A model generated the notes under the pieces. The model was not told the DNA's origin. It made no database searches and worked only from the letters and a program-made list of their open reading frames with translations. Shown here piece after piece: positions 1 to 9,291 of a stretch of 64,000 nt of DNA. This stretch comes from Patescibacteria group bacterium. GTDB taxonomy: Bacteria; Patescibacteriota; Patescibacteriia; Buchananbacterales; UBA6539. Position numbers and translations under genes: made by a program. Each line of letters starts with the position of its first letter. The stretch's first letter is position 1. The DNA is taken from the NCBI GenBank assembly GCA_034003985.1, contig JAVEXP010000002.1:11206-75205 (forward strand), read 5' to 3'.

Positions 1-100
1 CTTTGCCAAGCAGGGGAACATTCGTGTTGGCAATTTCAAGAGAGAAGCACCAGTTTTGTCTAGGCCGTTGAGCCTTAACCCGGATAAGGAGTGTTGACCC

Positions 101-565
101 ATGTCGGAATTGGAAAAAGATGGATTCATTCAAGCGATGAACCAGGCTGTGCTGACAGTTTTGGCAAACCTGCCCGATCGGAAAATCGAAGCCGATGTCG
201 TGATTGATCTGGCCTGCGGCGAAGTGTCGCCCAACCAATTTTCGGTTGAGCAGACTGAGTTGGCGCGCCGGACTGTCCGGTCGCTGGTTCGCAAGACCCC
301 GCGTTGCTACGGTGTTAATCGCCGAAGCGGCTGGTGGCGGATTATCTTGCAGTATTTGACCCCTAAACAGGCGGTTGAAGCATACCTGTGGCGCTTTCCC
401 GACAGCATGACTGTCGATCAGCGCCGCAGTATCATCGACTACCTGATTGTCAATTTGGCGTTTGACCGCGAGCTGGTTGAGCGTCAGGTATTTGAACGCC
501 GGTTTGTGATTGTTCCCAACCGGGGATGCCATCACCAACAGCGTAACAATAGCCGGGTTTGGTAA
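101..565 (+). CDS. hypothetical protein in GC-rich segment
   Basis: 154-aa ORF with AGGAG-like RBS upstream of the ATG. Codon usage is GC-rich (about 60%), unlike the rest of the window. No family recognised. Confidence 0.45.
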   Translation: MSELEKDGFIQAMNQAVLTVLANLPDRKIEADVVIDLACGEVSPNQFSVEQTELARRTVRSLVRKTPRCYGVNRRSGWWRIILQYLTPKQAVEAYLWRFPDSMTVDQRRSIIDYLIVNLAFDRELVERQVFERRFVIVPNRGCHHQQRNNSRVW

Positions 566-582
566 CCCAGAGGAGTGAAGTC

Positions 583-1737
583 ATGATTGTCCATATGAGT
601 CCTGGTCTTCCTCAAGACCATGAACATGTCAACGAGGTGGTGGCCAAGGCCAATCGCTATGGTCTTTGTCCCGAAGTACATGCCGAACACGGGGCGAAGT
701 ATACGGCCGTTGAGGTGTATCTGAAAGACGGCAAGACTAAGGCCAGTAGTTTGCCGGAATATCTTTTCGAGAACCTGCCGGGCGTTGAGCGCGTAGTCCG
801 AGTTTCGCCTTCGACGGTTTCGGCGGCGATGAATGGAGATCGGGAACGGTTAGTTATCCCGATTGGTCCTTCGGCTATTGGTCCGAATCACCCTTGCTTG
901 TTGGTTGCTGGTCCCTGCGCCATTGATAAGCATGCTGCCGCGACTTTGGAAATGCTGGCTCGTCATGGTGTCCAGCACATTCGCGGCGGTTGGCGCAAGC
1001 CCCGTTCAAGGGCCGAGGCTTTCCGCGGTTTCGGGGCCGATGTGCTGGAAAAATTCATGCGTATTGCTCAAAGCAACGGCATGAAATCAATCTGGACCGA
1101 GGTCATCGAGAGTCCCGATGTCGAAACTGTTCGTCGATTGCGCGATCGTACTCACTTTACCGGTGATGTTGTGTTGTGGGTCGGGGCGCGCAATTCCGGC
1201 AACTACCGACTGTTGGAAAAGCTTGGCGAACAGAATGACTTTATCGTCATGCTCAAGCACGGTCTGCGCATGACGCGGATTGACGAACTGATGGAGCTTG
1301 CGGGCTGGGTTCTGTATGGCCCGATGTACTGGGACGAGGATGGTCGCCTTGATGTTGAACGCAGCGCTCCTTCGGGAAATCAGAAACTGATCTTTTGCGT
1401 TCGCGGATTGGACAAGGTTGACCAGCACGACCCCCATCGGTTCACGCCTAACTTTTCCTGGATTGACGAACTCCATGATCGGGCCCGTCCGCCGGTTTGT
1501 CTGGATCCGTCTCACATGGCCGGTCGTGCCGATCTGGTCTTGAGAGATTTGGCCGAAGGGTTGACTCATAACCCCGATGTGGCGCTGGTTGAGTGTCACG
1601 CCAAGCCCGAGGAGGCCCTGTGCGACAAGGATCAGGCGATTGGTCCTGATCAAATCGAACAGTTGGTGGCGTTGGTGGACGAACATAATCGTCAGCGCGG
1701 CTACGGCCAGACTGAACCCAGAGCCGAGGTTGCCTGA
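583..1737 (+). CDS. DAHP synthase / KDO8P synthase family protein (class I-beta-like, with N-terminal regulatory extension)
   Basis: GAGGAG RBS then ATG at 583 (the ORF track begins at a TTG at 559). The catalytic core carries LLVAGPCAIDKH and VCLDPSHMAGR motifs typical of class I-beta DAHPS/KDO8PS. A roughly 100-aa N-terminal domain precedes the barrel. GC-rich. Confidence 0.6.
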   Translation: MIVHMSPGLPQDHEHVNEVVAKANRYGLCPEVHAEHGAKYTAVEVYLKDGKTKASSLPEYLFENLPGVERVVRVSPSTVSAAMNGDRERLVIPIGPSAIGPNHPCLLVAGPCAIDKHAAATLEMLARHGVQHIRGGWRKPRSRAEAFRGFGADVLEKFMRIAQSNGMKSIWTEVIESPDVETVRRLRDRTHFTGDVVLWVGARNSGNYRLLEKLGEQNDFIVMLKHGLRMTRIDELMELAGWVLYGPMYWDEDGRLDVERSAPSGNQKLIFCVRGLDKVDQHDPHRFTPNFSWIDELHDRARPPVCLDPSHMAGRADLVLRDLAEGLTHNPDVALVECHAKPEEALCDKDQAIGPDQIEQLVALVDEHNRQRGYGQTEPRAEVA

Positions 1738-2082
1738 AATCATAAGTATTGTCATATCCTGACTTTACCGGAGCCCAAAGCTTAATTGCCGCGGGCTTCT
1801 TTTTTTGCCCTTTTGACCGATCTGGCCTGTGACTGTTATAATGTAGATAACTTCACTTCCGAAAATTGGTTAAAGTTTTGGGACAAACTTTATCAGTAGG
1901 GATTCAAAATCGTCATTAGCCTTTGGCTGGTTGACTGCGATCCCCAACGCCAAATGCGACGCGCCAAGCGCCTAGAAAGTCTTAATTGATCTTCTTAGCG
2001 GGCGGCAACTCGACAGGGCAGGCTGAATACAGCCAAAAGCTTTGGCCAGTTTGGAGTGGAGTTTAGGTTTTCAAACTTGCTC

Positions 2083-2110
2083 TTGCGAGTTTGTTTTTTT
2101 GTGCTATGAT
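2083..2110 (+). promoter_or_regulatory. putative sigma70-type promoter (TTGCGA - 16 nt - TATGAT) upstream of suhB-like gene
   Basis: Read directly from the sequence, 20 nt upstream of the ATG at 2131. Confidence 0.3.
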
Positions 2111-2130
2111 AAACAAACCAAGTTAATTTT

Positions 2131-2913
2131 ATGGATAATCAATTTGCGCCAATTATTGATGCCGCCCGCCAGGGCGGGGAACAGCTCAAAAAATATTTTG
2201 GGCGGCATTTGGATATTATTAATGAAAAGCTTGGCCCCGCCGACCTGCAAACCACGGCTGATTTGGAAAGCGAGCGGGCCGTTTTGGCAATTTTAAATAA
2301 GCATTACCCCGATTATAATATTTTTTCCGAAGAAGTCGGGATGATTGACCGCGGTTCGGATTTTACTTTTTATATTGATCCGTTGGATGGTACTAATAAT
2401 TTTGTTTTGGGTATTCCTTATTTTTCCTGTTCAATTGCTTTGGTTCAGGGTCATAATGTCATCTTCGCTGCCGTCTATTCGCCAATCACCGACAATTTAT
2501 ATTATGCTCAGCGCGGCCAAGGGGCGTTCTTAAATAGTCAACCAATCAAAGTGAATGTTGAAACCGCAATTGACCGTTGCACGGTTGGGTATAACACTGG
2601 TTATGATGTTTCCGATGAAGAAAATTTAAAAATTACCAGACCAATTTTAGCGTTGGATATCAAAAGACTTTTAATCAATTGGTCGCCGGCGCTTGATTTA
2701 TGTTTGTTGGCCAGCGGCCGAATTGAAGCGATTGTTGTTAATCGGGGAGAGTGGCATGATTTTTTGGCCGGGCACCTGATCGCCCAGGAAGCCGGCGCTA
2801 TTATTACTGATTTTTTCGGTCAAGTTCGCGAGCATGATCAGGTTAAAAGTTTTGTGGTGGCAAACTCCTCGGCTGTTTCCCAAAAAATTGTTTCAATTGC
2901 CAAGGATTTTTAA
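2131..2913 (+). CDS. suhB: inositol monophosphatase family protein (SuhB/IMPase-like)
   Basis: IDPLDGTNNF metal-binding motif and overall IMPase architecture. 260 aa. Confidence 0.8.
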   Translation: MDNQFAPIIDAARQGGEQLKKYFGRHLDIINEKLGPADLQTTADLESERAVLAILNKHYPDYNIFSEEVGMIDRGSDFTFYIDPLDGTNNFVLGIPYFSCSIALVQGHNVIFAAVYSPITDNLYYAQRGQGAFLNSQPIKVNVETAIDRCTVGYNTGYDVSDEENLKITRPILALDIKRLLINWSPALDLCLLASGRIEAIVVNRGEWHDFLAGHLIAQEAGAIITDFFGQVREHDQVKSFVVANSSAVSQKIVSIAKDF

Positions 2914-2919
2914 TTTCTT

Positions 2920-2996
2920 CGGGCTGTAGCGCAGTTGGCTAGCGCGTACGCATGGGGTGCGTGAGGTCGCGGGTTCGAGTCCCGCCAGCCCGACCA
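2920..2996 (+). tRNA. tRNA-Pro (anticodon GGG)
   Basis: Manual cloverleaf: acceptor CGGGCTG/CAGCCCG, D-arm GCGC/GCGC, anticodon stem TACGC/GCGTG with loop ATGGGGT (GGG), T-arm CGGGG-TTCGAGT-CCCGC, 3' CCA encoded. Confidence 0.85.
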
Positions 2997-3000
2997 TTTG

Positions 3001-3080
3001 TCATTCTGAGCGAAGCGAAGAATCTGCGAAGCGAAGAATCTGCGAAGCGAAGAATCTGCGAAGCGAAGAATCTGAACAAT
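3001..3080. repeat. tandem repeat, 16-bp unit GCGAAGCGAAGAATCT x about 4.5, preceded by TGTCATTCTGA
   Basis: Read directly. The core TGTCATTCTG(A/G)GCG.AGCGAAGAATCT recurs at 35236-35316, also next to a tRNA. Confidence 0.8.
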
Positions 3081-3124
3081 GGAATGAGAAAGATGGGCGG
3101 GGATGACAATAAATATTAATTAGT

Positions 3125-3604
3125 ATGGATCAAGTCTTGAAGCTTCTGGATCAACTTAATATCCCGTATCAAAATTATGAACACCCCGCAGTTTTTACCG
3201 TTGCTCAATCAACTCAGTTGAAGACCGATATTCCCGGCGCCAGCACTAAAAATTTATTTCTACGCAATCAAAAGAAAACCAGTTATTACCTGGTTTTAAT
3301 TTTAGCCAACAAGACCGCTGATCTTAAAAAATTGGCCGCTGATTTGGGGGAAGACCGTTTAAGCTTTGCTTCATCCGACGATTTGAAAAAATTTTTAGGG
3401 CTGGTTCCCGGTTCGGTTTCGGTCTTTGGTCTGATTAATTGTCAATCCAAAAATCTTAAAGTTATTGTTGACAATGACTTTTGGCAATATGACCAAATTG
3501 GCTTTCACCCTAATGACAATCGTGCTACAACGGTTATTGCGACCAATGACTTGAAAAAATTTTTAGTTTCAAGACCTCAGGAAATTTTGTTTAAAAACCT
3601 TTAG
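3125..3604 (+). CDS. YbaK/ProX-type aminoacyl-tRNA (Cys/Ala-tRNA-Pro) deacylase
   Basis: 159 aa matching the YbaK/ProX trans-editing fold, including STKNLFLRN and GLVPGSVSVFG segments. Sits immediately downstream of tRNA-Pro. Confidence 0.7.
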   Translation: MDQVLKLLDQLNIPYQNYEHPAVFTVAQSTQLKTDIPGASTKNLFLRNQKKTSYYLVLILANKTADLKKLAADLGEDRLSFASSDDLKKFLGLVPGSVSVFGLINCQSKNLKVIVDNDFWQYDQIGFHPNDNRATTVIATNDLKKFLVSRPQEILFKNL

Positions 3605-3624
3605 TTTAATGCTATGGTTAAGCT

Positions 3625-4218
3625 ATGAACAAATATCCTTATAAGTTTACGCCAACGGAATACGACCTTGATGATTTAATAAAAAAACGCTGGAGTCCGG
3701 TGGCTTTTTCGGCGCAGCCAATTGAAATGGAAAAAATAAATTCATTGTTTGAAGCAATGCGTTGGGCACCGTCTTCGCGCAATGAACAGCCTTGGCGGAT
3801 AGTTTATGCTACCCGGGATAACGAGCAGGAATTTAATGTCCTGGCTGATTTATTGGATGAAGGTAATAGTTATGCCAAAGATGCTTTTTTGCTGTTGGTG
3901 ATTTGTGGCTTGCGCCATCATAACTACCATCACAAACCCAATCGGACTTATCAATATGATACGGGCGCTGGCGCACAAAATTTATTTTTACAAGCAGTTA
4001 GCCTAGATTTGGTGGCTCATGAAATGGGCGGGTTTGATATCAAACGATCTTATGAAGTTTTAGGCATTCCAAAGGAAGAAGTTGAAGTCATCGCTATGAT
4101 TGCCGTCGGTCATCCCGGTGATGAGTCCAAGCTTAGTCCGCAGTTCCAAGCCAAACAGTCTGAACCCAGAAATCGCCAGCCGATTTCGGATTTTGTCTTC
4201 AAAGGTAGGTGGCGATAA
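3625..4218 (+). CDS. nitroreductase family protein
   Basis: Nitroreductase fold signatures (RWSPVAF, SSRNEQPWR). 197 aa. Confidence 0.7.
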   Translation: MNKYPYKFTPTEYDLDDLIKKRWSPVAFSAQPIEMEKINSLFEAMRWAPSSRNEQPWRIVYATRDNEQEFNVLADLLDEGNSYAKDAFLLLVICGLRHHNYHHKPNRTYQYDTGAGAQNLFLQAVSLDLVAHEMGGFDIKRSYEVLGIPKEEVEVIAMIAVGHPGDESKLSPQFQAKQSEPRNRQPISDFVFKGRWR

Positions 4219-4236
4219 TTATGGTATAATGATTTT

Positions 4237-4566
4237 ATGGATATTTTATTAAAAAGTGTTATATCTGGTTTAGTTACCGCAGTAATTTTGTTTATTGCTA
4301 AATTTTCCGGACCAAAGTTGGCAGGTGCTATTGGCGGGATACCAATTGTTTTTGCTGTTTCCTATATTTTGTTGACCTTGAACGACAAAACTGTTGCCCG
4401 TAATTTTTTGATTGGGGGGGTATATGGAGCAATCGCGGCTATATTCTTTAGTGTTGCTTTAATTATTCTTAATTCTCAATTCAGGACGCATTGGCTAAAT
4501 TTTACTGTTGCTTATGTTTTGTGTTTCTTTTTTGCTTTGTTGATGGTTTATCTCACATCAAAATAA
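4237..4566 (+). CDS. small integral membrane protein (3 predicted TM), unknown function
   Basis: Hydrophobic 109-aa ORF. Confidence 0.45.
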   Translation: MDILLKSVISGLVTAVILFIAKFSGPKLAGAIGGIPIVFAVSYILLTLNDKTVARNFLIGGVYGAIAAIFFSVALIILNSQFRTHWLNFTVAYVLCFFFALLMVYLTSK

Positions 4567-4570
4567 TAAG

Positions 4571-4643
4571 TACAAAAAAACTAAGTAATTTTTACTCAAT
4601 TAAAAGTTTCAAGCTAAGGATTGAAAAATTACTTAGTTTTTTG
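4571..4643. terminator. 20-bp perfect inverted repeat (ACAAAAAAACTAAGTAATTTTT / AAAAATTACTTAGTTTTTTGT) between convergent genes; candidate bidirectional terminator
   Basis: Read directly. Flanked by A/T runs on both sides and overlaps the last codons of rpmB. Confidence 0.4.
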
Positions 4644-4826
4644 TTTGGTTGATTTAGTGGCGGCTTTAGCCAGGGTCTTTAAACAGCTGGTGCAGACCAA
4701 CATTTTTTTGCCGTCAATCTTTTTGCTTTGCAAATTGATCTTTTGGCGTCTGATGGTTTTGATGTTGGAATGGCTTTTCCAGTTGGCCTTCAATGGCTCG
4801 CGGCCGCAAATTTCACAATTAGCCAT
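4629..4826 (-). CDS. rpmB: 50S ribosomal protein L28
   Basis: MANCEICGREP...SHSNIKTIRRQKINLQ...CTSC matches the L28 consensus including the Zn-ribbon cysteines. Confidence 0.8.
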   Translation of the reverse strand: MANCEICGREPLKANWKSHSNIKTIRRQKINLQSKKIDGKKMLVCTSCLKTLAKAATKSTKQKTK

Positions 4827-4905
4827 ATAATCGTTGAATAGTTAATGATGCTAATATAGCAGAGCCGTTTAAAAAAATCAAGTCTTGTGTTATATTAAAG
4901 TAACT

Positions 4906-5556
4906 ATGTCAGGTATAATTTTTTTAATTTTTATCGTTGCCTTTATTCTGTCGGTGATTTTGCACGAAATCGCCCATGGTTATGTGGCTAACCATTTTGG
5001 CGATGATACCGCCAGGATTATGGGGCGTTTGTCGCTTAATCCGCTGGTTCATATTGACCCAGTCGGTTCAGTTTTGGTGCCGCTGATGTTGTATCTTTCC
5101 AGCGCCGGGTTCTTGTTTGGTTGGGCCAAGCCCGTGCCGGTCAATCCTTTCCGGCTCAAAGGGGGAGTGGTGGCTTATCGTTGGGTAACGGTTGCTGGTG
5201 TGGCAACTAATTTTGTCTTGGCTGTTGTTTCGGCCTTAATTTTGAAGATTACCTCTCAGTATCTGGGAATTTCTGGCAATAATCTTGGCATCATCTTCTT
5301 TAGCTCTTTAATGCAGGTTAATTTGGTTTTGGCGATTTTCAACGCCTTGCCGTTGCCGGGTTTTGATGGTTGGAATTTTTTAGGAACTTTTGGTCCGGTC
5401 AGTCGTCTGGTCAGCCGAACCCAATTGGCCAACCCTTTGTTTATGGCTCGCTACGGTTTGGTGGTTTCGCTGGTTTTGCTGTTTTTATTTATGCCGCTGA
5501 TAAGCTATATTTTTGCCTTAGTCTACACATTTTTTATTAAGTTTTTCGGTTTATAA
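4906..5556 (+). CDS. site-2 protease family (peptidase M50) membrane metalloprotease
   Basis: HEIAHG (HExxH) inside a TM segment plus a downstream LPLPGFDG (LDG-type) motif. Start taken at the ATG at 4906. Confidence 0.7.
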   Translation: MSGIIFLIFIVAFILSVILHEIAHGYVANHFGDDTARIMGRLSLNPLVHIDPVGSVLVPLMLYLSSAGFLFGWAKPVPVNPFRLKGGVVAYRWVTVAGVATNFVLAVVSALILKITSQYLGISGNNLGIIFFSSLMQVNLVLAIFNALPLPGFDGWNFLGTFGPVSRLVSRTQLANPLFMARYGLVVSLVLLFLFMPLISYIFALVYTFFIKFFGL

Positions 5557-5564
5557 CTTTAAGC

Positions 5565-5593
5565 TTGACTATTTTCTGATAATTAGCTAGTAT
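5565..5593 (+). promoter_or_regulatory. putative promoter of str operon (TTGACT - 17 nt - TAGTAT)
   Basis: Read directly, about 50 nt upstream of rpsL. Confidence 0.35.
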
Positions 5594-5641
5594 GTTTTTG
5601 TGTTATTAACTGCCATTTAAGGCAGGTTTTTAAGACTTCAA

Positions 5642-6070
5642 ATGCCAACAATCAATCAATTATTGAGAAAAAAACGCAAATCTAGCGCAAAAAAAGCCAA
5701 GACCCCGGCGATGCGGGTGGTTTCTAATACTTTGCGCCGCAAAAAACACGAGCTCCCTAAGGGTTCGGCTTTTAAGCGGGGGGTTTGTCTTAAAGTTACT
5801 ACCATGACTCCCAAGAAACCTAACTCAGCACTACGAAAGATTGCTAGAGTTCGGCTTTCCAATGGCATGGAAGTCACCGCTTATATTCCCGGCGAAGGCC
5901 ATAATCTGCAGGAACACTCCGTGGTTTTGTTGCGCGGCGGCCGGGTTAAGGATTTGCCGGGTGTTCGCTACCATATTGTTCGGGGCGTTTATGATACGGC
6001 CGGCGTCCAAGGACGCAAACAGGGCCGCAGTCTTTACGGCGCAAAACGCGAGACCAAGGCTGCCAGTTAA
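5642..6070 (+). CDS. rpsL: 30S ribosomal protein S12
   Basis: [13 protein letters not shown]... is the canonical S12 N-terminus. The C-terminus is slightly extended. Confidence 0.95.
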   Translation: MPTINQLLRKKRKSSAKKAKTPAMRVVSNTLRRKKHELPKGSAFKRGVCLKVTTMTPKKPNSALRKIARVRLSNGMEVTAYIPGEGHNLQEHSVVLLRGGRVKDLPGVRYHIVRGVYDTAGVQGRKQGRSLYGAKRETKAAS

Positions 6071-6099
6071 TTTACTAAATTTGGCCAATTTTATTAATT

Positions 6100-6564
6100 A
6101 TGCGAGGAAAAACTCCTAAACGAAAAATTACTCCCGATCCGCGATACCACAGTACTGTTATCGCCAAATTTATTAATCATTTGATGAGCCACGGCAAGCA
6201 CTCGGTTGCTCAAAAGGTAATGTATGACTGTCTGGATATCATCAAAGAAAAAACCAGCAAAGATCCTTTGGAAGTTTTTGATGTGGCCATTAGAAATGTT
6301 GCTCCGGAAGTGGAAGTTAAATCCCGACGAGTTGGCGGCGGTAACTATCAGATTCCGGTTTCGGTTGTTGGCGACCGCAAAAATACCTTGGCTTTCCGCT
6401 GGATTATCAAAGCCGCTCATGACCGTAAAGGTGCCGCTATGTGCCGGAAGCTGGCCGATGAATTGATCGCCGCTTACAACAAAGAAGGTGCGGCCATTAA
6501 GAAGCGCCAGGATACCTACAGAATGGCTGAAGCCAATCGGGCTTTTGCTCACTTTGTTAGATAA
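6100..6564 (+). CDS. rpsG: 30S ribosomal protein S7
   Basis: MRGKTPKRKITPDPRYHS... S7 consensus. Confidence 0.95.
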   Translation: MRGKTPKRKITPDPRYHSTVIAKFINHLMSHGKHSVAQKVMYDCLDIIKEKTSKDPLEVFDVAIRNVAPEVEVKSRRVGGGNYQIPVSVVGDRKNTLAFRWIIKAAHDRKGAAMCRKLADELIAAYNKEGAAIKKRQDTYRMAEANRAFAHFVR

Positions 6565-6637
6565 TCTAACTATTAATCATTAACATTAAGGCAATTAACA
6601 TTTATTAATTGGGTGTTGGTTGTTGAAAATTCATATT

Positions 6638-8734
6638 ATGCCCCGTGAATACCCTTTAGAGAAGACCAGGAATATCGGAATTATTGCTCATATTGACGCC
6701 GGTAAGACAACTGTCTCCGAGCGTATTTTGTTTTACACCGGAAAAAAACACAAAATTGGTGAAGTTCACGAAGGTGCGGCTGAAATGGATTGGATGGAGC
6801 AGGAACGGGAACGGGGAATTACCATTACTTCCGCCGCGACTACTTGTTTTTGGGCGCCGCGCGGTGAAGAGACTGAAAAGTGTCGGATCAATATCATCGA
6901 CACTCCTGGTCATATTGATTTTACCGCCGAAGTTCAGCGCTCGTTGCGTGTTTTGGACGGCGGTGTGGTCGTTTTTGATGGCGTTGCCGGTGTTGAACCG
7001 CAATCTGAAACCGTCTATCATCAGGCCGAAAAGTTTAAAGTCCCTTTGATGGGATTTGTTAATAAAATGGACCGCACTGGCGCTGATTTCTACGCCGATT
7101 TGCAAAGTATTCGTGATCGTTTGACGAAAGTTGCCTATCCAATTCAGTTGCCAATTGGCGCTGAATCGGGTTTTTTGGGTGTTGTTGATTTGTTAACCCA
7201 ACGAGCCCATATTTACAAAGATGATTTGGGTCGGGAAATTGAAGAAACCGAAGTCCCGGCCGATTTGAAGGAATTGGCCGATAAATACCGCAGCGAGCTT
7301 TTGGAAGCCATTGTTCAGTATGACGAAAATTTAATGAACAAGTATCTTAGTGGCGAAGAAATCGGTTTGGCTGAACTTAAAAAGGTTTTACGCCAGGCTA
7401 CCATTGCCAATGAGATTATGCCGATTTTGGTTGGCTCGGCTTTGAAAAACAAAGGTGTCCAGTTGTTACTTAATGCCATTTGTGATTATCTTCCCAGTCC
7501 GCTTGATGTTCCGCCGGTAACTGGATTCAATCCCAAAGATGAAAGCAAGGAAGAGATCCGCAAGGCCGATGATAATGAACCTTTTTCAGCCCTTGCTTTT
7601 AAGATTGCGGTCGACCCGTTTGTCGGCAAACTTTGTTTTTTCCGAATATATTCGGGATTTTTGGAGGCCGGATCATATATTTATAATTCAACCAGCGGCA
7701 AAAAAGAACGCATTGGCCGAATCGTGCGAATGCATGCCAACTCCCGCGAAGAAGTAAAGGAAGTTTACGCCGGTGACATCGCCGCCGCGGTTGGTTTAAA
7801 GGACACTTTTACCGGCAATACTTTATGTGATGAAAATCATCCGATTGTTTTGGAATCAATTGAATTCCCTGAACCGGTTATTAAGGTTGCAGTCGAACCA
7901 AAAACCAAAGCCGACCAGGAAAAGATGGGATTGGCTTTACAGAAATTGGCGGAAGAAGATCCAACCTTTCAAGTCAAAAGTGATGAAGAGACCATGCAGA
8001 CCATTATTGCCGGTATGGGCGAGCTGCATTTGGAAGTTATTATTGACCGGATGAAACGCGAATTCAAAGTTGAAGCGACCGTCGGCAAACCGCAAGTGGC
8101 TTATAAAGAAACTATCAAGGGTCAAGCCGAAGCCGAAGGCAAATATATTAGACAGTCCGGCGGGCGCGGTCAGTATGGCCATTGTTGGATTAAAGTTGAA
8201 CCCAAAAGCCGCGGCGAAGGTTTTGAATTCGTTGATGAAATTAAAGGCGGGGTTATTCCCCGGGAATATATTCCTCCAATTCAAAAAGGGGTTAAAGAAG
8301 CAATGGACAAAGGCGTGATCGCCGGTTATCCGATGATTGATATTAAAGCCACGGTTTACGATGGTAGTTTTCATGAAGTCGACTCTTCGGAAGCGGCTTT
8401 CAAAATCGCTGGTTCCATGGCTTTTCAAGATGCCACTAAGCGCGCCAACCCGATTCTGCTTGAGCCGATCATGCGGGTGGAAGTCATTACTCCCGAAGAC
8501 TTTATGGGTGATGTAATCGGTAACTTGAATTCCAAACGGGGCCAAATTGAAGAAATGAAAGACCGCGGTCAGTCTAAGGTGATTGATGCCAAGGTACCTT
8601 TGGCCGAAATGTTTGGTTACGCGACAGAACTTCGTTCCATGACCCAGGGCCGAGCTTCTTATTCAATGGAATTTCATGATTATTCTGAAGTTCCCGGCAA
8701 TGTGGCTGAGGTAATTAAGGCCGGCCGGTCATAA
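6638..8734 (+). CDS. fusA: elongation factor G
   Basis: [10 protein letters not shown]1 motif, DTPGHIDF, and full five-domain EF-G length. Start taken at the ATG at 6638 (the ORF track begins at 6620). Confidence 0.95.
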   Translation: MPREYPLEKTRNIGIIAHIDAGKTTVSERILFYTGKKHKIGEVHEGAAEMDWMEQERERGITITSAATTCFWAPRGEETEKCRINIIDTPGHIDFTAEVQRSLRVLDGGVVVFDGVAGVEPQSETVYHQAEKFKVPLMGFVNKMDRTGADFYADLQSIRDRLTKVAYPIQLPIGAESGFLGVVDLLTQRAHIYKDDLGREIEETEVPADLKELADKYRSELLEAIVQYDENLMNKYLSGEEIGLAELKKVLRQATIANEIMPILVGSALKNKGVQLLLNAICDYLPSPLDVPPVTGFNPKDESKEEIRKADDNEPFSALAFKIAVDPFVGKLCFFRIYSGFLEAGSYIYNSTSGKKERIGRIVRMHANSREEVKEVYAGDIAAAVGLKDTFTGNTLCDENHPIVLESIEFPEPVIKVAVEPKTKADQEKMGLALQKLAEEDPTFQVKSDEETMQTIIAGMGELHLEVIIDRMKREFKVEATVGKPQVAYKETIKGQAEAEGKYIRQSGGRGQYGHCWIKVEPKSRGEGFEFVDEIKGGVIPREYIPPIQKGVKEAMDKGVIAGYPMIDIKATVYDGSFHEVDSSEAAFKIAGSMAFQDATKRANPILLEPIMRVEVITPEDFMGDVIGNLNSKRGQIEEMKDRGQSKVIDAKVPLAEMFGYATELRSMTQGRASYSMEFHDYSEVPGNVAEVIKAGRS

Positions 8735-8748
8735 AGTTAGTAAATAAT

Positions 8749-9144
8749 TTGAATATTATGGCTAATAATTTCAAAAAATTGCTGGAATTAGCCAAAAAAA
8801 CCGGAGATAATTGTATCGTACTTGATGAGGAAGGTAATCCCAGCTATGTTTTAGTGGGTTTTGACGATTATCAAAAGATGGTGCTAAACCGTTCCCAATT
8901 GGCCGGTTTAAGTGAGTCAGAGCTTTTGGACAAGATTAATCAGGATATTGCGGTTTGGAAAGCCAGCACTCAAAATGAGTCTTTGGATAACTGGCAGATT
9001 ATTCAGAGTGCGGTAGGAGAGTTGAATAAGAATAATGAAGTTGCAGAAAACCACGAAAAATCGCTTAATCAAGCCAAAAATTTTGTGGACACAAACGATA
9101 GCGATTTGAGTAATGAAAAATACTATTTTGAACCGGTAGATTAG
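8749..9144 (+). CDS. hypothetical acidic protein inserted between fusA and tuf
   Basis: 131-aa ORF with no recognisable family. Its position inside the str operon is unusual. Confidence 0.5.
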   Translation: MNIMANNFKKLLELAKKTGDNCIVLDEEGNPSYVLVGFDDYQKMVLNRSQLAGLSESELLDKINQDIAVWKASTQNESLDNWQIIQSAVGELNKNNEVAENHEKSLNQAKNFVDTNDSDLSNEKYYFEPVD

Positions 9145-9291
9145 TGTTGACAGATTCCGTCAGTTTGTTATATACTCAAAAGTGCTTTTAAATTTATTAT
9201 TAAATAATAAAAAATAACACGATCCGTTCCGGATGATTCAAATTAGGTCCGGAGCTGGCTCACAAAGATCGTATAGAAGGAACAAAATACA

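Noticed and set aside
1087-1755. 222-aa minus-strand ORF antisense to the DAHPS-like gene
   Set aside because: It lies entirely inside a GC-rich coding region, where stop codons are rare on all frames. It has no RBS and a non-protein-like composition. The sense strand carries clear enzyme motifs.
3001-3080. Possible CRISPR array
   Set aside because: The 16-bp units are directly adjacent with no spacers. This is a simple tandem repeat.
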